DNA of 64,000 nt from Octopus sinensis (lineage: Eukaryota), in NCBI RefSeq assembly GCF_006345805.1, contig NW_021832594.1:43612-107611 (forward strand), in the 5' to 3' direction. Every line of letters begins with the position of its first letter. The stretch's first letter is position 1. The position numbers and the translations under genes are program-made. Of the stretch, positions 48,031 through 60,205 are shown piece after piece. The notes under the pieces are model-generated. The model was not told the origin of the DNA and searched no databases. It worked only from the letters and a program-made list of their open reading frames with translations.

Positions 48031-48243
48031 CAAGGGGTTGCTGAAGAGTTCCTGACTTTAAAGGATTTCATGAAAGGCCTTGATGGAGACCCAGCCTTCC
48101 AAGATCTTTTTCAGGACTTAGAAAAATTGAGTGACTACTGCAATAAGTGTGCAAATCTGAGAGGGAATTATGTTAAATAGAATCATAATTAACTGATCTG
48201 CTTGTATTTTCTTTAACCTAAAGTCAGGAACTTTTCAGCACCC
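48031..48243. mobile_element. Mariner-derived MITE
   Basis: TIRs GGGGTTGCTGAAGAGTTCCTGACTTTA / TAAAGTCAGGAACTTTTCAGCACCC. Confidence 0.75.
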
Positions 48244-48651
48244 ACTTTGTACATATATATCAATCATAAATCATGATGAATAACGATAACCATTTAAAAC
48301 CCACATGTACTATTAGATTCATTTTTCAGGCATTTCTAAGGTACCCTATGACTTGAACTGTGTTAGTGACCTGCTTGCATATCTTTGACAAAGTTTTTTG
48401 ACACTGTTACAGTCCACACAGTTGTAAGTGGGTAGCCCTACGAAGGACAGGTGTTCCATCCAGGGTGAATGTTGGTTTGCCTGCCTAGGCATCATTCAAA
48501 TGCTATAACAATACATGGAAACGCATTGTGACCAGCAGTGTATAATAACAACATCCAGCAGCCTAGTTGATGTGTGTATAAATGGTTACTCGTATATATT
48601 TGTTTATATGAACATGTGTGTGAGTGTGCATAAAATCTAAAAATGTTATAA

Positions 48652-48657
48652 AATAAA
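48652..48657 (+). terminator. Candidate poly(A) signal for CENP-I (alternative AATAAA at 46795-46800)
   Basis: AATAAA with a U-rich tract ~30 nt downstream; no transcript evidence. Confidence 0.25.
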
Positions 48658-49434
48658 ATAACTGAAAATTTATCAAAAACATTTCTTCCTTTCGTTTTTT
48701 TTTTTGAGATTCATGTGTGTTGGAGTGAGTGGAATCAGGGATGGTGTTGGGGAAGGTTACATCACTTTGGCATCTGTTTTGTAGTAATAAGTAGTAAACT
48801 AATTATTTTATCTTGGGATTTTTTTTAAAGATATTCAATATGGTGTTTTTTTGCAAAATGTACATTAAAAAATATATTAAAAAAAAAAAGAAGGAAAAAC
48901 AACCAGAAACAAATCATAATTAAAGACCGAATAACAGACATGATTTTAATTTGTTAACAAGTGTTTTGTTTGGAATTCCTGGCAATACTCTACAGCATTG
49001 AATCAGAATTCAGAGAATGCTGGAATAGTATAGGAGATAGGTTCAGTCTGCTCCATGTTTTGTTTCTCCTTATATCAAAACTATGTGAATGCCTTCTTAA
49101 CGTGTCAGAATATGTGGGATTACGTGTTTTTTGAGGGGGTTTTTTTTTGTTTATTGCATGTAAATATGTATATGTGTGTGTGTGTGTGTGTGTACAGAAA
49201 AGTTGTTCAAATTATTCCAGTTGCTGTTTTGTAAATAACCATATGAACTTCAACCATTCCACCCTCATATTCATTACTGCCAATCACTAAGTTTACATGT
49301 GTGTGTATGTGTGCATATGTGTTTATGTGTGTGTGCGTGGGTGTATAAATAAGTCTCATTTATCTGTATATCAGCTCTCTCTATATATTTATATATGTAT
49401 ATATGGATATTTGTAGTGTTGTTGTGTACATCTC

Positions 49435-49971
49435 TCTCTCTAGGCCACTGGTTTGTTTCGATCATGCTGGGGCACCATCTTGAAGGGTTTAGTCAAAGTT
49501 ATTGACCCCAATCCTTATTTTTTAAAATTCGGTCCTTCTTCTATTGGTCTCTTTTGTTGAGCCATTAAGTTACAGACATAAAAAAAAACCAACAGTGGTT
49601 GAAGTCAAACGTGTGTGTGTGTATATATATATATTATATAGAGGGCATTACTATACATAAATGCCCTCTATATAATATAAATATATTAAAGTGAAAAAAT
49701 TGGTGGATTTTTTTCTCTTATGAGGTTTTTTATGCTAACTACTTGATAAAATTCTTATAAAGATTTTATCCTATTTTAAAATTATATATATACACATATA
49801 TATATATATATGAGGGGCTTTTTTCAGTTTCTATTTACTAAATCTACTTATGAGGCTGTGGTCAGCTCATGGCTATAGTATAGGACATTTGTTGAAGGTG
49901 CCACACAGTGGGACTGAACCTAAAACCATGTGATTGGGAAGCAAACTTCTTGCCACACAGCCACACCTGTA
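49435..49971 (-). mobile_element. SINE S1, decayed, with an insertion
   Basis: Reverse copy interrupted at 49630-49790. Confidence 0.75.
49660..49790. repeat. Unclassified interspersed repeat; inverted homolog at ~62500-62640
   Basis: ccctctatataatata...aaagtgaaaaa...ctcttatgaggttt...ataaagattttatcct aligns to the reverse complement of 62505-62620. Confidence 0.55.
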
Positions 49972-50221
49972 CCTATAAATTTCAGTTCAATTTGGTTCCT
50001 ATCAAATGACTGGTACCAGGGTTGAACCACCCTTGTTTAGGGTACCAAATTCACTAAGGTTCAGTTCTGGTTCCCTCTCTAGAAAGTGTACCACCCAATG
50101 ATAATCAAACCTTCAGTATTTTGTTGTTCTGAAACCACCAAACACCATCAGAGTTTTACTGCAGGAACCCCTACCAAGCATTTGTGCCCTAAATAGTCCA
50201 TTTAATCAAATGTAAAATGTT

Positions 50222-50612
50222 ATAATAATAATAATAATAATAATGAAATTATTGTATACAGTGCTCAGGTGCACCACAACTTGTCAGAAAGTGCATGTAA
50301 AGTACATGCAGTAATGTACAAATGTCTGGAAAGTGAACAATGTATGAGTCAGATACATGCTTGTGTGTGTATGGAGGGGAGAAAATCAGGTGTAGTGTTG
50401 GCGAATCTCAGGAAGCATGGAAGTTTTGAAGGATGCAGTGCTCCGACAACTAACAACTGATGCCGGCAGTTTGTTCCATTCTTCAGCAACTCTCAGCGTG
50501 AAAAAATGTTTCCTGAAGTCATGGGAGCTGTGCTGTTTTCTGACTTTGTAAATATGTCCACGGGTGTTAGACGGGTGGAGTTTGAAAAGGTGCTCAGAGT
50601 TATTGTTATTCA
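50222..50612 (-). mobile_element. CR1-clade LINE 3' end
   Basis: TRGHIYKVRKQ...RKHFFTLRVAEEWNKLPASVV...FK C-terminus plus (TTA)n tail. Confidence 0.85.
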
Positions 50613-50951
50613 AAATAATTAACAGTGTCAATAATGAGTTGTTGATGGGGCTAATTACATGGTTGCTTAACCTGGCAGAAACATTTGCTATATCTCTCTC
50701 AAACAGACTCTATTAGTTTAGGAAAGGACATGGTGGATAATGTAGTCCTACATGCATTGTGCCTGGGAAGAAAGATGTCTAGAATAATTTTAACTAGGCT
50801 TGACTTGGGGCTAAAAATCAACAATAACAACAAGGAGTCCTTTGCATGGTCATTCAACATGCTAGAAATAACAGCCATATCGTTCTTTAATCTCATTAAT
50901 TTAACCCCTTTTGATGCCAACTTACCTGAGACCACCTTTGCCCGTCGTATA

Positions 50952-50984
<33 letters not shown>

Positions 50985-51728
50985 GCAACACTAACTTCAG
51001 GAAACCTACCAGCCACCTAGTCACCTACCGATCGGGCCAACATACCAGCCAAATTGACTACATCCTTGCCAGGCAAAGGGAGAGATGGCTACTTATAAAT
51101 GCCAAAACCTTCCCAGGCGAAGAATGTACCCCACAACATAGACTGGTAGTTAGTGACTTTAGGATCAGGAGTAGGAGGACAACCAGAAGACGACCAACAT
51201 GGAGAAGAAGGATCTGGAAGCTTAAGGATCCTGTGAATGGACAGAGATTTAGAGACATGTTACTTGAAGCCTTTGACGAAGTAGAAGGGGATAGAGTATC
51301 ACATGGGGTAGATGACAACTGGACGTTTCTAAGGGACAACCTGCTGAGAGCCACTGACCAGATCTGTGGCTGGTGCAAAGTCCCCTCTCGTCCAAGGTAA
51401 CGTGGTGGTGGAACAGTGTCGTAGACAGGGCTATTAGAGAAAAGAGACTTGGAAGCACTGGAAGAATGGTGGTAGCAGGGAATTGTATCAGACTGCTAAA
51501 AGGGAAGCTAGGAGACAGGTCTATCTAGCCAGAGGGGAAGCAGATAAGAAAAAATTTGCCAATGTTCTGCGCCGTGAGGACCAAAGACTGGAGGTGTTTC
51601 GCGTTGCAAGACAGTGTGAGAGAGAGAATTGTGATGTGGTGGGAGAGAAGTGTGTTCGCATGGAAGATGGTTCACTTGCGCTAAACGAGGATGCAAAGAG
51701 AGAGGCTTGGAGACGCCACTAAGAAAGG

Positions 51729-53459
51729 TTGCTGAATAAAGAAAATGAATGGGATAAAGAGAGTCTGCCGAACGTTGACCCAACAGAGGGACCAGCTATC
51801 AGGGTTGATAGTTCCTTAGTAGCTAAGGCAATTAGAAGCATGAAGACAGGGAAAGCCCCAGGCCCATCAGGTATCACTGCAGAGATGCTCAAAATATCTG
51901 GTAGTGTCGGCCATAGCCTAGTCACCTGTATAGTTAATCAGGTGATACATGAAGGAGTCATACCCAATGACTGGTGTAGCAGCATAATAGTCAACTGCTA
52001 CAAAGGTAAAGGTGATGCCCTAGATACAAATAATTACAGAGGTATCAAGCTGTTGGATCAGGTGATGAAGGTTACAGAGAGGGTCATAAGCCAACTAATT
52101 AGAGAGAGAGTTAGTTTAGATGAGATGCAGTTTGGTTTCGTGCCAGGGAAAAGTACCACTGATGCTATATTCCTGGTAAGGCAGCTGCAGGAGAAATACC
52201 TAGCCAAAGATAAGCCCCTGTACCTGGCTTTTGTTGACATGGAGAAAGCCTTCGACAGGGTCCCCCGATCCCTCATATGGTGGTCAATGAGGAAACTAGG
52301 AATAGATGAATGGTTAGTGAGAGCTGTGCAAGCCATGTACAGGGACGCTGCTAGTAAGGTGAGGGTTGGCAATGAGTACAGTGAAGAATTCCGGGTAGAG
52401 GTAGGGGTCCACCAAGGCTCAGTCCTCAGCCCCCTCCTATTTATCATAGTCCTCCAGGCAATAACGGAGGAATTCAAGACAGGATGCCCCTGGGAGCTCC
52501 TCTATGCTGATGACCTTGCTCTAATTGCTGAGTCATTATCAGAACTGGAGAAGAAGTTTCAGGTGTGGAAGCATGGTTTAGAATCGAAGGGCCTTAGAGT
52601 CAACCTAGCTAAAACCAAAGTCCTAATAAGTAGGAAGGTAGACAAATCACAAACGCCTTCAGGTAGATGGCCCTGCTCGATCTGTAGAAAAGGTGTAGGT
52701 AGAAACTCTATAAGATGCACCAAGTGTAAGCTATGGACACATAAGAGGTGCAGCAATGTCATAGGAAGGCTAACTAGGAAGATGGTTTTTGTATGTGGCA
52801 GATGCTCGGGAGCATTAACCTCTGAAAATCTGCAGAAAACAACTTCCGTCACTTTCCAGGGGGAAAAACTAGAAGTAGTTGATAGCTTCCGTTATCTTGG
52901 TGACCAAGTCAGTAGTGGGGGTGGGTGTGCTGAAAGTGTAACGGCTAGAGTAAGAATAGCCTGGGCAAAGTTTAGGGAGCTCTTACCTCTGTTGGTGACT
53001 AAAGGCCTCTCGCTCAGAGTAAAAGGCAGACTGTATGATGCATGTGTACGAACAGCCATGCTACATGGCAGTGAAACATGGGCCGTGACTGCTGAGGACA
53101 TGCGTAAGCTCGCGAGAAATGAAGCTAGTATGCTCCGTTGGATGTGTAATGTCAGTGTTCATAGTCGACAGAGTGTAAGTACCTTGAGAGAAAAGTTGGA
53201 CCTAAGAGGAATCAGATGTTGTGTGCAAGAGAGACGATTGCGCTGGTATGGTCATGTGGTGAGAATGGATGAAGATAGGTGTGTGAAAAAGTGCCACACC
53301 CTGGCAGTTGAGGGGACCTGTGGAAGAGGTAGACCCAGGAAAACCTGGGTCGAGGTGGTGAAGCACGACCTTCGAACTCTAGGTCTCACCAAGGAAATGA
53401 CCAGAGACCGAGACCTATGGAAGTATGCTGTGCGTGAGAAGACCCGGCAAGACCAGTGA
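51729..53459 (+). pseudogene. RTE ORF2 reverse transcriptase region (576 aa open) with an internal PHD finger
   Basis: KAPGPSGI, NYRGIKLL, QFGFVPGKST, FVDMEKAFD, GVHQGSVLSP, YADD 52503-52514, FRYLG, RLRWYGHV. Confidence 0.93.
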
Positions 53460-53507
53460 GAACAATCAAAATCAAATCATATATCAGAAAGTAGGGGTTA
53501 AGTGACC

Positions 53508-54118
53508 CATCCGTTCGTGTCCGCTGTCAGCCTCGTCTGGCCCCCGTGCCGGTGATACGTAAAAGCACCATTCGCTCGTGGCCGTTTGCCAGCTCTGCCT
53601 GGCCCCCGTGTCGGTGGCACGTAAAAGCACCATCCGTTCGTGTTCGTTGCCAGCCTCGCCTGGCCCCGTGCCGGTGACACGTAAAAGCACCGTCCGTTCG
53701 TGGCCGTTTGCCAGCTCTGTCTGGCCCCGTGTCGGTGGCACGTAAAAGCACCATCCGTTCGTGTCCGTTGCCAGCCTCGGCTGGCCCCCGTGCCGGTGAC
53801 ACGTAAAAGCACGGTCCGTTCGTGGCCGTTTGCCAGCTCTGTCTGGCAACCGTGTCGGTGGCACGTAAAAGCACCATCCGTTCGCGTCCGTTGCCAGCCT
53901 CGGCTGGCCCCCGTGCCGGTGACACGTAAAAGCACCGTCCGTTCGTGGCCGTTGCCAGCTCTGTCTGGCCCCGTGTTGGTGGCATGTAAAAGCACCATCC
54001 GTTCGTGTCCGTTGCCAGCATCGCCTGGCCCCGTGCCGGTGACACGTAAAAGCACCATCCGTTCGTGGCCGTTCGCCAGCTCTGTCTGGCACCTGTGCAG
54101 GTGGCACGTGAAAAGCAC
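53508..54118 (+). repeat. Higher-order tandem array: 10 monomers of 60-63 bp alternating A/B in the RTE 3' UTR
   Basis: Each monomer starts catccgttcgtg/cgtccgttcgtg and ends cgtaaaagcac; A has cagcctcg and gacacg, B has cagctctg and ggcacg. Confidence 0.97.
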
Positions 54119-54268
54119 CCACTACACTCGCGGAGTGGTTGGCGTTAGGAAGGGCATCCAGCCGTAGAAACACTGCCAGATCTGACTGGGCCTGACGAAG
54201 CCTTCCAGCTTCACAGACCCCAGTTGACCCGTCCAACCCATGCTAGCATGGAAAGCGGACGCTAAATA

Positions 54269-54318
<50 letters not shown>

Positions 54319-54911
54319 GGTGTGTGTGTGTGTGTGTGTCTGTCCCCTATAGCTTGACAACCGATGTTGGTGTGTTTACGTCCCCGTAACTTAGCAGTTC
54401 GGCAAAAGAGTCCGATAGATTAAGTACTAAGCTTACAGAGAATAAGTCCTGGGGTCGATCTGTTCGACTAAAGACGGTGCTTCATAAAACCGGCTTAAAT
54501 AAATGGAGAACTGAACATTAAACTGATTGTGGTGATGAGGATGATGTGTTTGCTCATTAGCCTTGATTCAGTCACATGTAGGCAGGCGTCGGGGCCTTGA
54601 CCACTTTGTCTTATCCAATATGTTATATATTTGTCGTAAGAGATTTAGCTGCTATTTCTACCTGGCCACTCTTGGCCGGCTGCTGTTCTTTGGTAAAGTG
54701 AAATAAGACAGAGTCAACCCTGATTTCAATCAGGGTCAAGGAATTTCAATTATGGTAATCACATTTTCTTTTCAAAAATAATGTATCTAAAAATATATTA
54801 TTCATTATGTCCTATTTTTAAGTCAGTATAATGTGACTTGGCTGTTGTTTCTAGCAGGTCAAGCAGCCACATGAAGGCTCCCTCTGTTATATTCCGCTTT
54901 CACACAGCGGA

Positions 54912-56183
54912 AAGGCGGCGAGCTGTCAGCAGAATCGTTAGTACATCGGGTAAAATGCTTAGCAGCATTTCGCCCGCCTTAACGTTCTGAATTTAAATTC
55001 CACCGAGGCCGATTTTGCCTTTCATCTCTTTTGGGTTTCGATAAAATAAGTACTTAGCTGAGCACTGGGGTCGATGTATATTTCTTTACTACCCACAAGG
55101 GACTAAACACAGAGGGGACAAACAAGGACAGATAAAGGAATTAAGTCGACTACATCGACCCCAGTGCGTAACTGGTACTTAATTTATCGACCCCGAAAGG
55201 ATGAAAGGCAAAGTCGACCTCGGCGGAATTTGAACTCGGAACGATAGACGAAATATGGCTACGAATTTCGCCCGGCGTGCTAACGTTTCTACCAGCTCGC
55301 CGCCTGGGGTCGATGTAATCGACTTAACCCATCCCCCGAAGTTGCTAATACTGTGCCAAAATTTGAAAGCAACATTTCACTGTCTGGTGGCGGAAGATAG
55401 TGAAATTATGTGTGTTACAGGGACTGCCACTTGGAGATGTATTCTTCAAAGCAGGCCAATAATCTTTTCTATTCTAGGCACAAGGTCCGAAATTTTGGGG
55501 GAGGGGGCCAGTCGATTAGATCGATATCAGTACGCAACTGGTACTTAATTTATCGACTCCGAAAGGATGAAAGACAAAGTCGACATCGGCGGAAGTTGAA
55601 CTCAGAACGTAAGAACAGACGAAATACTGCTTAGCATTTCGCCCGGTGTGCTAACGTTTCTGCCAGCTCGCCGCCTTAAAGCAGGCCAATAATGAAAGGA
55701 TACATGGAAAGTGTGAGACGGAACTGGTGGCATAAACTTCAGTGAGTTCACACATTACTCAGTGGAGCACAGACAAATATGTGTTCCTCCTCGCTCATAT
55801 CACCCATGGGTGATGAGAGGAAACTTTCATTTAAGGCCACTCAATGTACTAGAAATAACAACTAAATCGTGGTCATGTTTTAAAACAGGAAGGCTACGAT
55901 GCTTAAGGCAGTCCTAGATACACAATAAGTAAAAGACAGGATGGTCATGACTAGAAATCCTAAAATTATCCTTTCTACTATAGGCACAAGGCCTGAAATT
56001 TTTTGGGACGGGTTAAGTTGATTACATCAACTCCAGTGTGTAACTGGTACTTATTTCATTGTCCCCAAAAGGAGGAAAAGCAAAGTTGACATCGACGGAA
56101 TTTGAACTCAGAACATAAAGATGGACGAAATGCCGCTAAGCACTTTATCCGCCGTGCTAAGGATTCTGCCAACTCGCCGCCTT
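54912..56183. mobile_element. S2 cluster: S2b (+) with nested S2a (-, 55079-55304, 13 bp TSD), plus S2b (-) at 55460-55679 and 55972-56183
   Basis: TGGGGTCGATGTA at 55066 and 55305. Confidence 0.88.
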
Positions 56184-56869
56184 TAGAAAACTTTTAATTA
56201 TAAAAGTTGTTCGGGTGTGGCTGTGTGGTAAGGAAGTTTGCTTCCCAACTACATGGTTTTGGGTTCAATCCCACAGTAGGGCACTTCGGGTCTTATACTC
56301 TAACTACGGGCTGATAAAAGTCAGCCTTGTGAGTGGATTTGATAGACGGAAACTGAAAGAAACCCATCGTGTGTAATACATACATACATATATATACATA
56401 TATATATATATATAACAGATGTATTAGTTTAACACTCTGGAAGAATGGAAAAGTCTCTGATGTTTCGAGCCTATGCTCTTCAGCAGAAAGGATTGAGAGG
56501 GAAATAAATGTGTAAGGATTAACGGTTTAACATGATGCTATATATATATATGGAGTTACCAAATCATTTTAATACTTGATTTACAATTGTTTTATCATTA
56601 TTCAGTACAACCAATCTTGCATAATGCTGTAACCATTCGGGCAACTATTGATTAATTTTTATGTGCTATGTAGGATTTCTTTTATAGCACATGTTGAACA
56701 TATGTCTTCAAAATTCCTTTAAAAATATGCTTACTGATTCTGAAATCTAAATAAATACACAGCAAATTGGGTGGTCTGCATGATCACGTTTTTGTAAGAG
56801 AAGCAAATGAATGCGAGAAACTGATTAGATTAAGAAAATATTTGTATGATATACGGAATTTGCCATCTA

Positions 56870-57203
56870 AATCAGGAGTTCTCAACAGGGCGTATTTGAA
56901 CCCTGCGGGGCCATAAAAGATTTTGGGGGAGTTCACGCTAGCAAAATAGTAAATTGGGGACCCACAGTAATATATTACTGGTCCATGAAAAAATTTTGCT
57001 TTAGATGTGTTTCATGCAAGAAACAGATTTCTTTCTCTCAGCAGGAGTGGCTGTGTGGTAAAGTAGCTTGCTTACCAACCACATGGTTCTGGGTTCAGTC
57101 CTACTGTGTGGCACCTTGGGCAAGTGTCTTCTACTATAGCCTCGGAACGACCAAAGCCTTGTGAGTGGATTTGGAAGACGGAAACTGAAAGAAGCCCGTC
57201 GTA

Positions 57204-57234
<31 letters not shown>

Positions 57235-57440
57235 GTTTGTGTGTTTGTTCCCCCACCACCACCAACATCGCTTGACAATCGATGCTGGTGTGTTTACGTC
57301 TCCGTAACTTAGCGGTTCGGCAAAATAGAAATTTAGAAAGAAATATGTATAAAACTAGTTTTTAAACGCCGAAGGGTTAGGGAGGGGGGTCTACTAGAAT
57401 AAAATAGTAATGAAAGGGATCCATAGATGAAAACAAAATG
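56870..57440. mobile_element. Possible hAT-like MITE interrupted by an S1 SINE; related fragment at ~15644-15725
   Basis: caggagttctcaac / cagtggttctcgac termini; weak similarity only. Confidence 0.3.
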
Positions 57441-57821
57441 TTACTCTCTTTTACTTGTTTCAGTCATTTTGACTGCGGCCATGCTGGAGCACCGCCTTTA
57501 GTCGAACAAATCGACCCCTAGTACCTATAAGCCCAGTACTTATTCTATCGGTCTCTTTTTGCCGAACCGCTAAGTGACGGGGACGTAAACACACCAGTAT
57601 CGGTTGTCAAGCAATGCTAGGGGGACAAACACACACATACATACATATATATATATATACATACACGACAGGCTTCTTTCAGTTTCCGTCTACCAAATCC
57701 ACTCACAAGGCATTGGTCGGCCCGGGGCTATAGCAGAAGACAAGATGCCACGCAGTGGGACTGAACCCGGAACCATGTGGTTGGTTAGCAAGCTACTTAC
57801 CACACAGCCACTCCTGCGCCT
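57041..57821. mobile_element. Two S1 SINEs tail to tail (57041-57326 +, 57441-57821 -). Further partial S1 copies at ~10105, 20600, 28645, 56215.
   Basis: Family motifs in both orientations. Confidence 0.88.
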
Positions 57822-57943
57822 ATAGAGAGCCACTGATTTAAAAGCTCATGTGGGAGGAGTTCTTTGCAAAATACTCAAATTTGAACGAACTACAACCTAG
57901 AAAATATTGACCCAGTGAAAAACCTGTTCAGTCATGGGAAGTA

Positions 57944-58157
57944 CGAGGGGTGCTGAAAAGTTGTTGGCTCTAAGGGTATCGTCTGGCTGGAGGCTCAAAC
58001 TTCTGAGTTCTTTTTATGGAACTTAGAAGACCTGAAGGACCGTTGCAATGAGTGGGCAAATCTGAGACGGGAATACGTTGAATAAAATCATAATTAACTG
58101 ATCTTCCTGTATTTTCTTGTATCCAAAGCCAAGAAATTTTTTAACCCCCCCCCCTCG
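57944..58157. mobile_element. Mariner-derived MITE, same family as 48031
   Basis: TA-CGAGGGG...CCCCTCG-TA; shared internal gcaaatctgaga...aatcataattaactgatct. Confidence 0.8.
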
Positions 58158-58821
58158 TATTATTTTGCCTGGAAACAGTTGGCGATTGGCAATAGGAAGG
58201 GCATCTGGCCGTAGAAAATCTTTCTCAACTAATTCTGGCTGACTCGTGCAAGCTTGGAAACAGAGCATTATTAAACGATGATGTCTGAATGAACGCTTAA
58301 CCAGGATTGGTCTGTTGAGCAATTCGAAACCGTATTGGTTGTAAAATAAGCTTCTTAACCATAGAGCCATTCTTGCATCTAAAATGGCGAACACTAACAT
58401 GGCAGTACTGGGATGGTATACAAATATATATAAAACACGAAAACATATTTTGGCAACCTATCTGACAGTCGGCTAAATATACAAGCTAATTACTTAATTT
58501 CTGTTCGTTTAATTATCCCTCATGTTGTATATTTATTCTATTCCGTTTGCTAATAAAAATGTATTAAGATTATGTAAATAAGTAAATGTTAATAGTAACA
58601 GAACATAAACATGGTTTTGTCTTTGTTACTTTTTTATGGCGGGTGGGTGTATTTTTTATTCATTCAATTAATTAGTTCGTATCACGTGATATGTTAAGTC
58701 ATCATGTAAATGACAAGGGTCAAGGAACTGCCGTAAGACGATATGTGTTATATAAATATATCTATAATACTTATATATATATGTGTGTTTATATACATAA
58801 GTATGTAAATATAAATGCCTG

Positions 58822-58824
<3 letters not shown>

Positions 58825-58860
<36 letters not shown>

Positions 58861-58909
58861 CTTATAGTTATGTCTATATACAGACGCATACGAATGAATA
58901 TCTACGCGC

Positions 58910-58959
<50 letters not shown>

Positions 58960-59179
58960 AGTCAGGACCAAAATTCTTCAGAGAGATGTTAAACATCCAA
59001 GTCCGCCGGTTCAATCCAAACAAAGAATATATATAATAAAAACAATATTGTCAGTATTAGTATAACCAATAAATAAAGTAAAAGGAAAGGGAAAAAATAT
59101 ATAGGTGTAGACGATCTTTAATCCAAAGTTGGTACAAATCCAATAAAGATTCTACAAATTGTTTCCAAGCCTAAGTAAT

Positions 59180-59263
<84 letters not shown>
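58825..59263. repeat. Long (TA)n microsatellites enclosing an unclassified ~200 bp insert
   Basis: Read directly; other long (TA)n tracts at ~22645-22700 and ~59400-59440. Confidence 0.9.
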
Positions 59264-59266
<3 letters not shown>

Positions 59267-59399
59267 ATTAATCAGCCGAAATTGCGAAGATGATCCGGTT
59301 CTTGACTGAAGATTGAAAGCTTCGAATATCCCGTCCGTGTTTTTTGTATCGTCTTCTAAATGTTTCACGTTCTTGTCCCAGTTTGTATTTTTTTACATT

Positions 59400-59400
<1 letters not shown>
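59264..59400 (+). mobile_element. Fragment of family H3 between (TA)n tracts
   Basis: Matches 22503-22640. Confidence 0.8.
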
Positions 59401-59445
<45 letters not shown>

Positions 59446-59454
59446 GGCTCGGAA

Positions 59455-60205
59455 ACATTTTGTCCGGTGTGCTTCTGATTTATGTTCAGAGTTTAAAATC
59501 CGCCAGGGTCGACTTTTGGGGGTTGATAAAACAAGTACCAGCTGAGTACTGGAGTTTATGTAATCGAGATATCTCTGCCCCAAAACTGCTGGTATTGTGC
59601 GAACATTTGAAACCAATGAAGCACCGTTGCAAGAAAGCTGTTGTTGTTTAACCTAATTTTGGAGGAAGGGCCCAGTCGATTACAGCGACTCCAGTACTCG
59701 ACTGAGACTTATTTTATCAGCCCTGAAAAGTAAAAGTCAACCTCGGCGGAATTTGAACGCAGAACTTAAAGAGCCGGAAGAAGTGCCAACAATTTTGCCG
59801 GTTTACCGTCATAATAATATTTCAAATTTTGGCACAAGGCCAGCAATTCCTGGAGACGGGGTATGTCGATTACATTGATCCTAGTTCTCTACGGGTTCTT
59901 ATTTCCTCGAACCGGAAAGGATGAAAGGAAAAATCGACCTCGGTGGAATTTGAATTCAGAACTTGAAAAGCCGGAAGAAATACTGCTACCTCGCTGCCAT
60001 ATTAATAATAATTCTTTCTTCCCTTGGTACAACGCCTGAAATTTTGGAGGAAGGGGCTAACAGATTATAGCAACTAAGTACTTATTCTATCGACCCTGAA
60101 GGGTAAAAGTTGATCTCTGTGAAATTTAAAAGCAGAATTTGAAGAGCCGGAAAAAAAGCCGTTAAGCATTTAGTCCGACTTGCTAGCGGTTCTGCTAGCA
60201 CGCTG
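59455..60205. mobile_element. S2b cluster: one + copy, then three consecutive - copies (59650, 59815, 60012)
   Basis: Repeated cctcggcggaatttgaa...aagagccggaag. Confidence 0.8.

Larger units (their letters stand above)
50983..54302 (+). mobile_element. Young 5'-truncated RTE-clade LINE inserted in the microsatellite of an S1 SINE
   Basis: APE end (SQIDYILAR, GEECTPQHRLV), frameshifts and TAA at ~51720, intact RT, 3' UTR array, tail and (GAT)n; SINE halves at 50939-50982 and 54320-54482. Confidence 0.95.

Noticed and set aside
48985-49030. miRNA-like hairpin (CAGCATT/AATGCTG)
   Set aside because: Only 7 contiguous pairs, too short for a pre-miRNA, and no recognised mature sequence
53508-54118. 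CRISPR-like repeat/spacer appearance
   Set aside because: The would-be spacers are near-identical alternating sequences, the context is a eukaryotic LINE 3' UTR, and there are no cas genes
53484-54236. Long ORFs of 250, 206, 172 and 155 aa over the array
   Set aside because: Stop-free frames produced by the GC-rich tandem repeat; the translations are periodic
58668-59651. Short ORFs rich in I/Y/T/H here and across the window
   Set aside because: Translations of (TA)n/(CA)n microsatellites and SINE bodies
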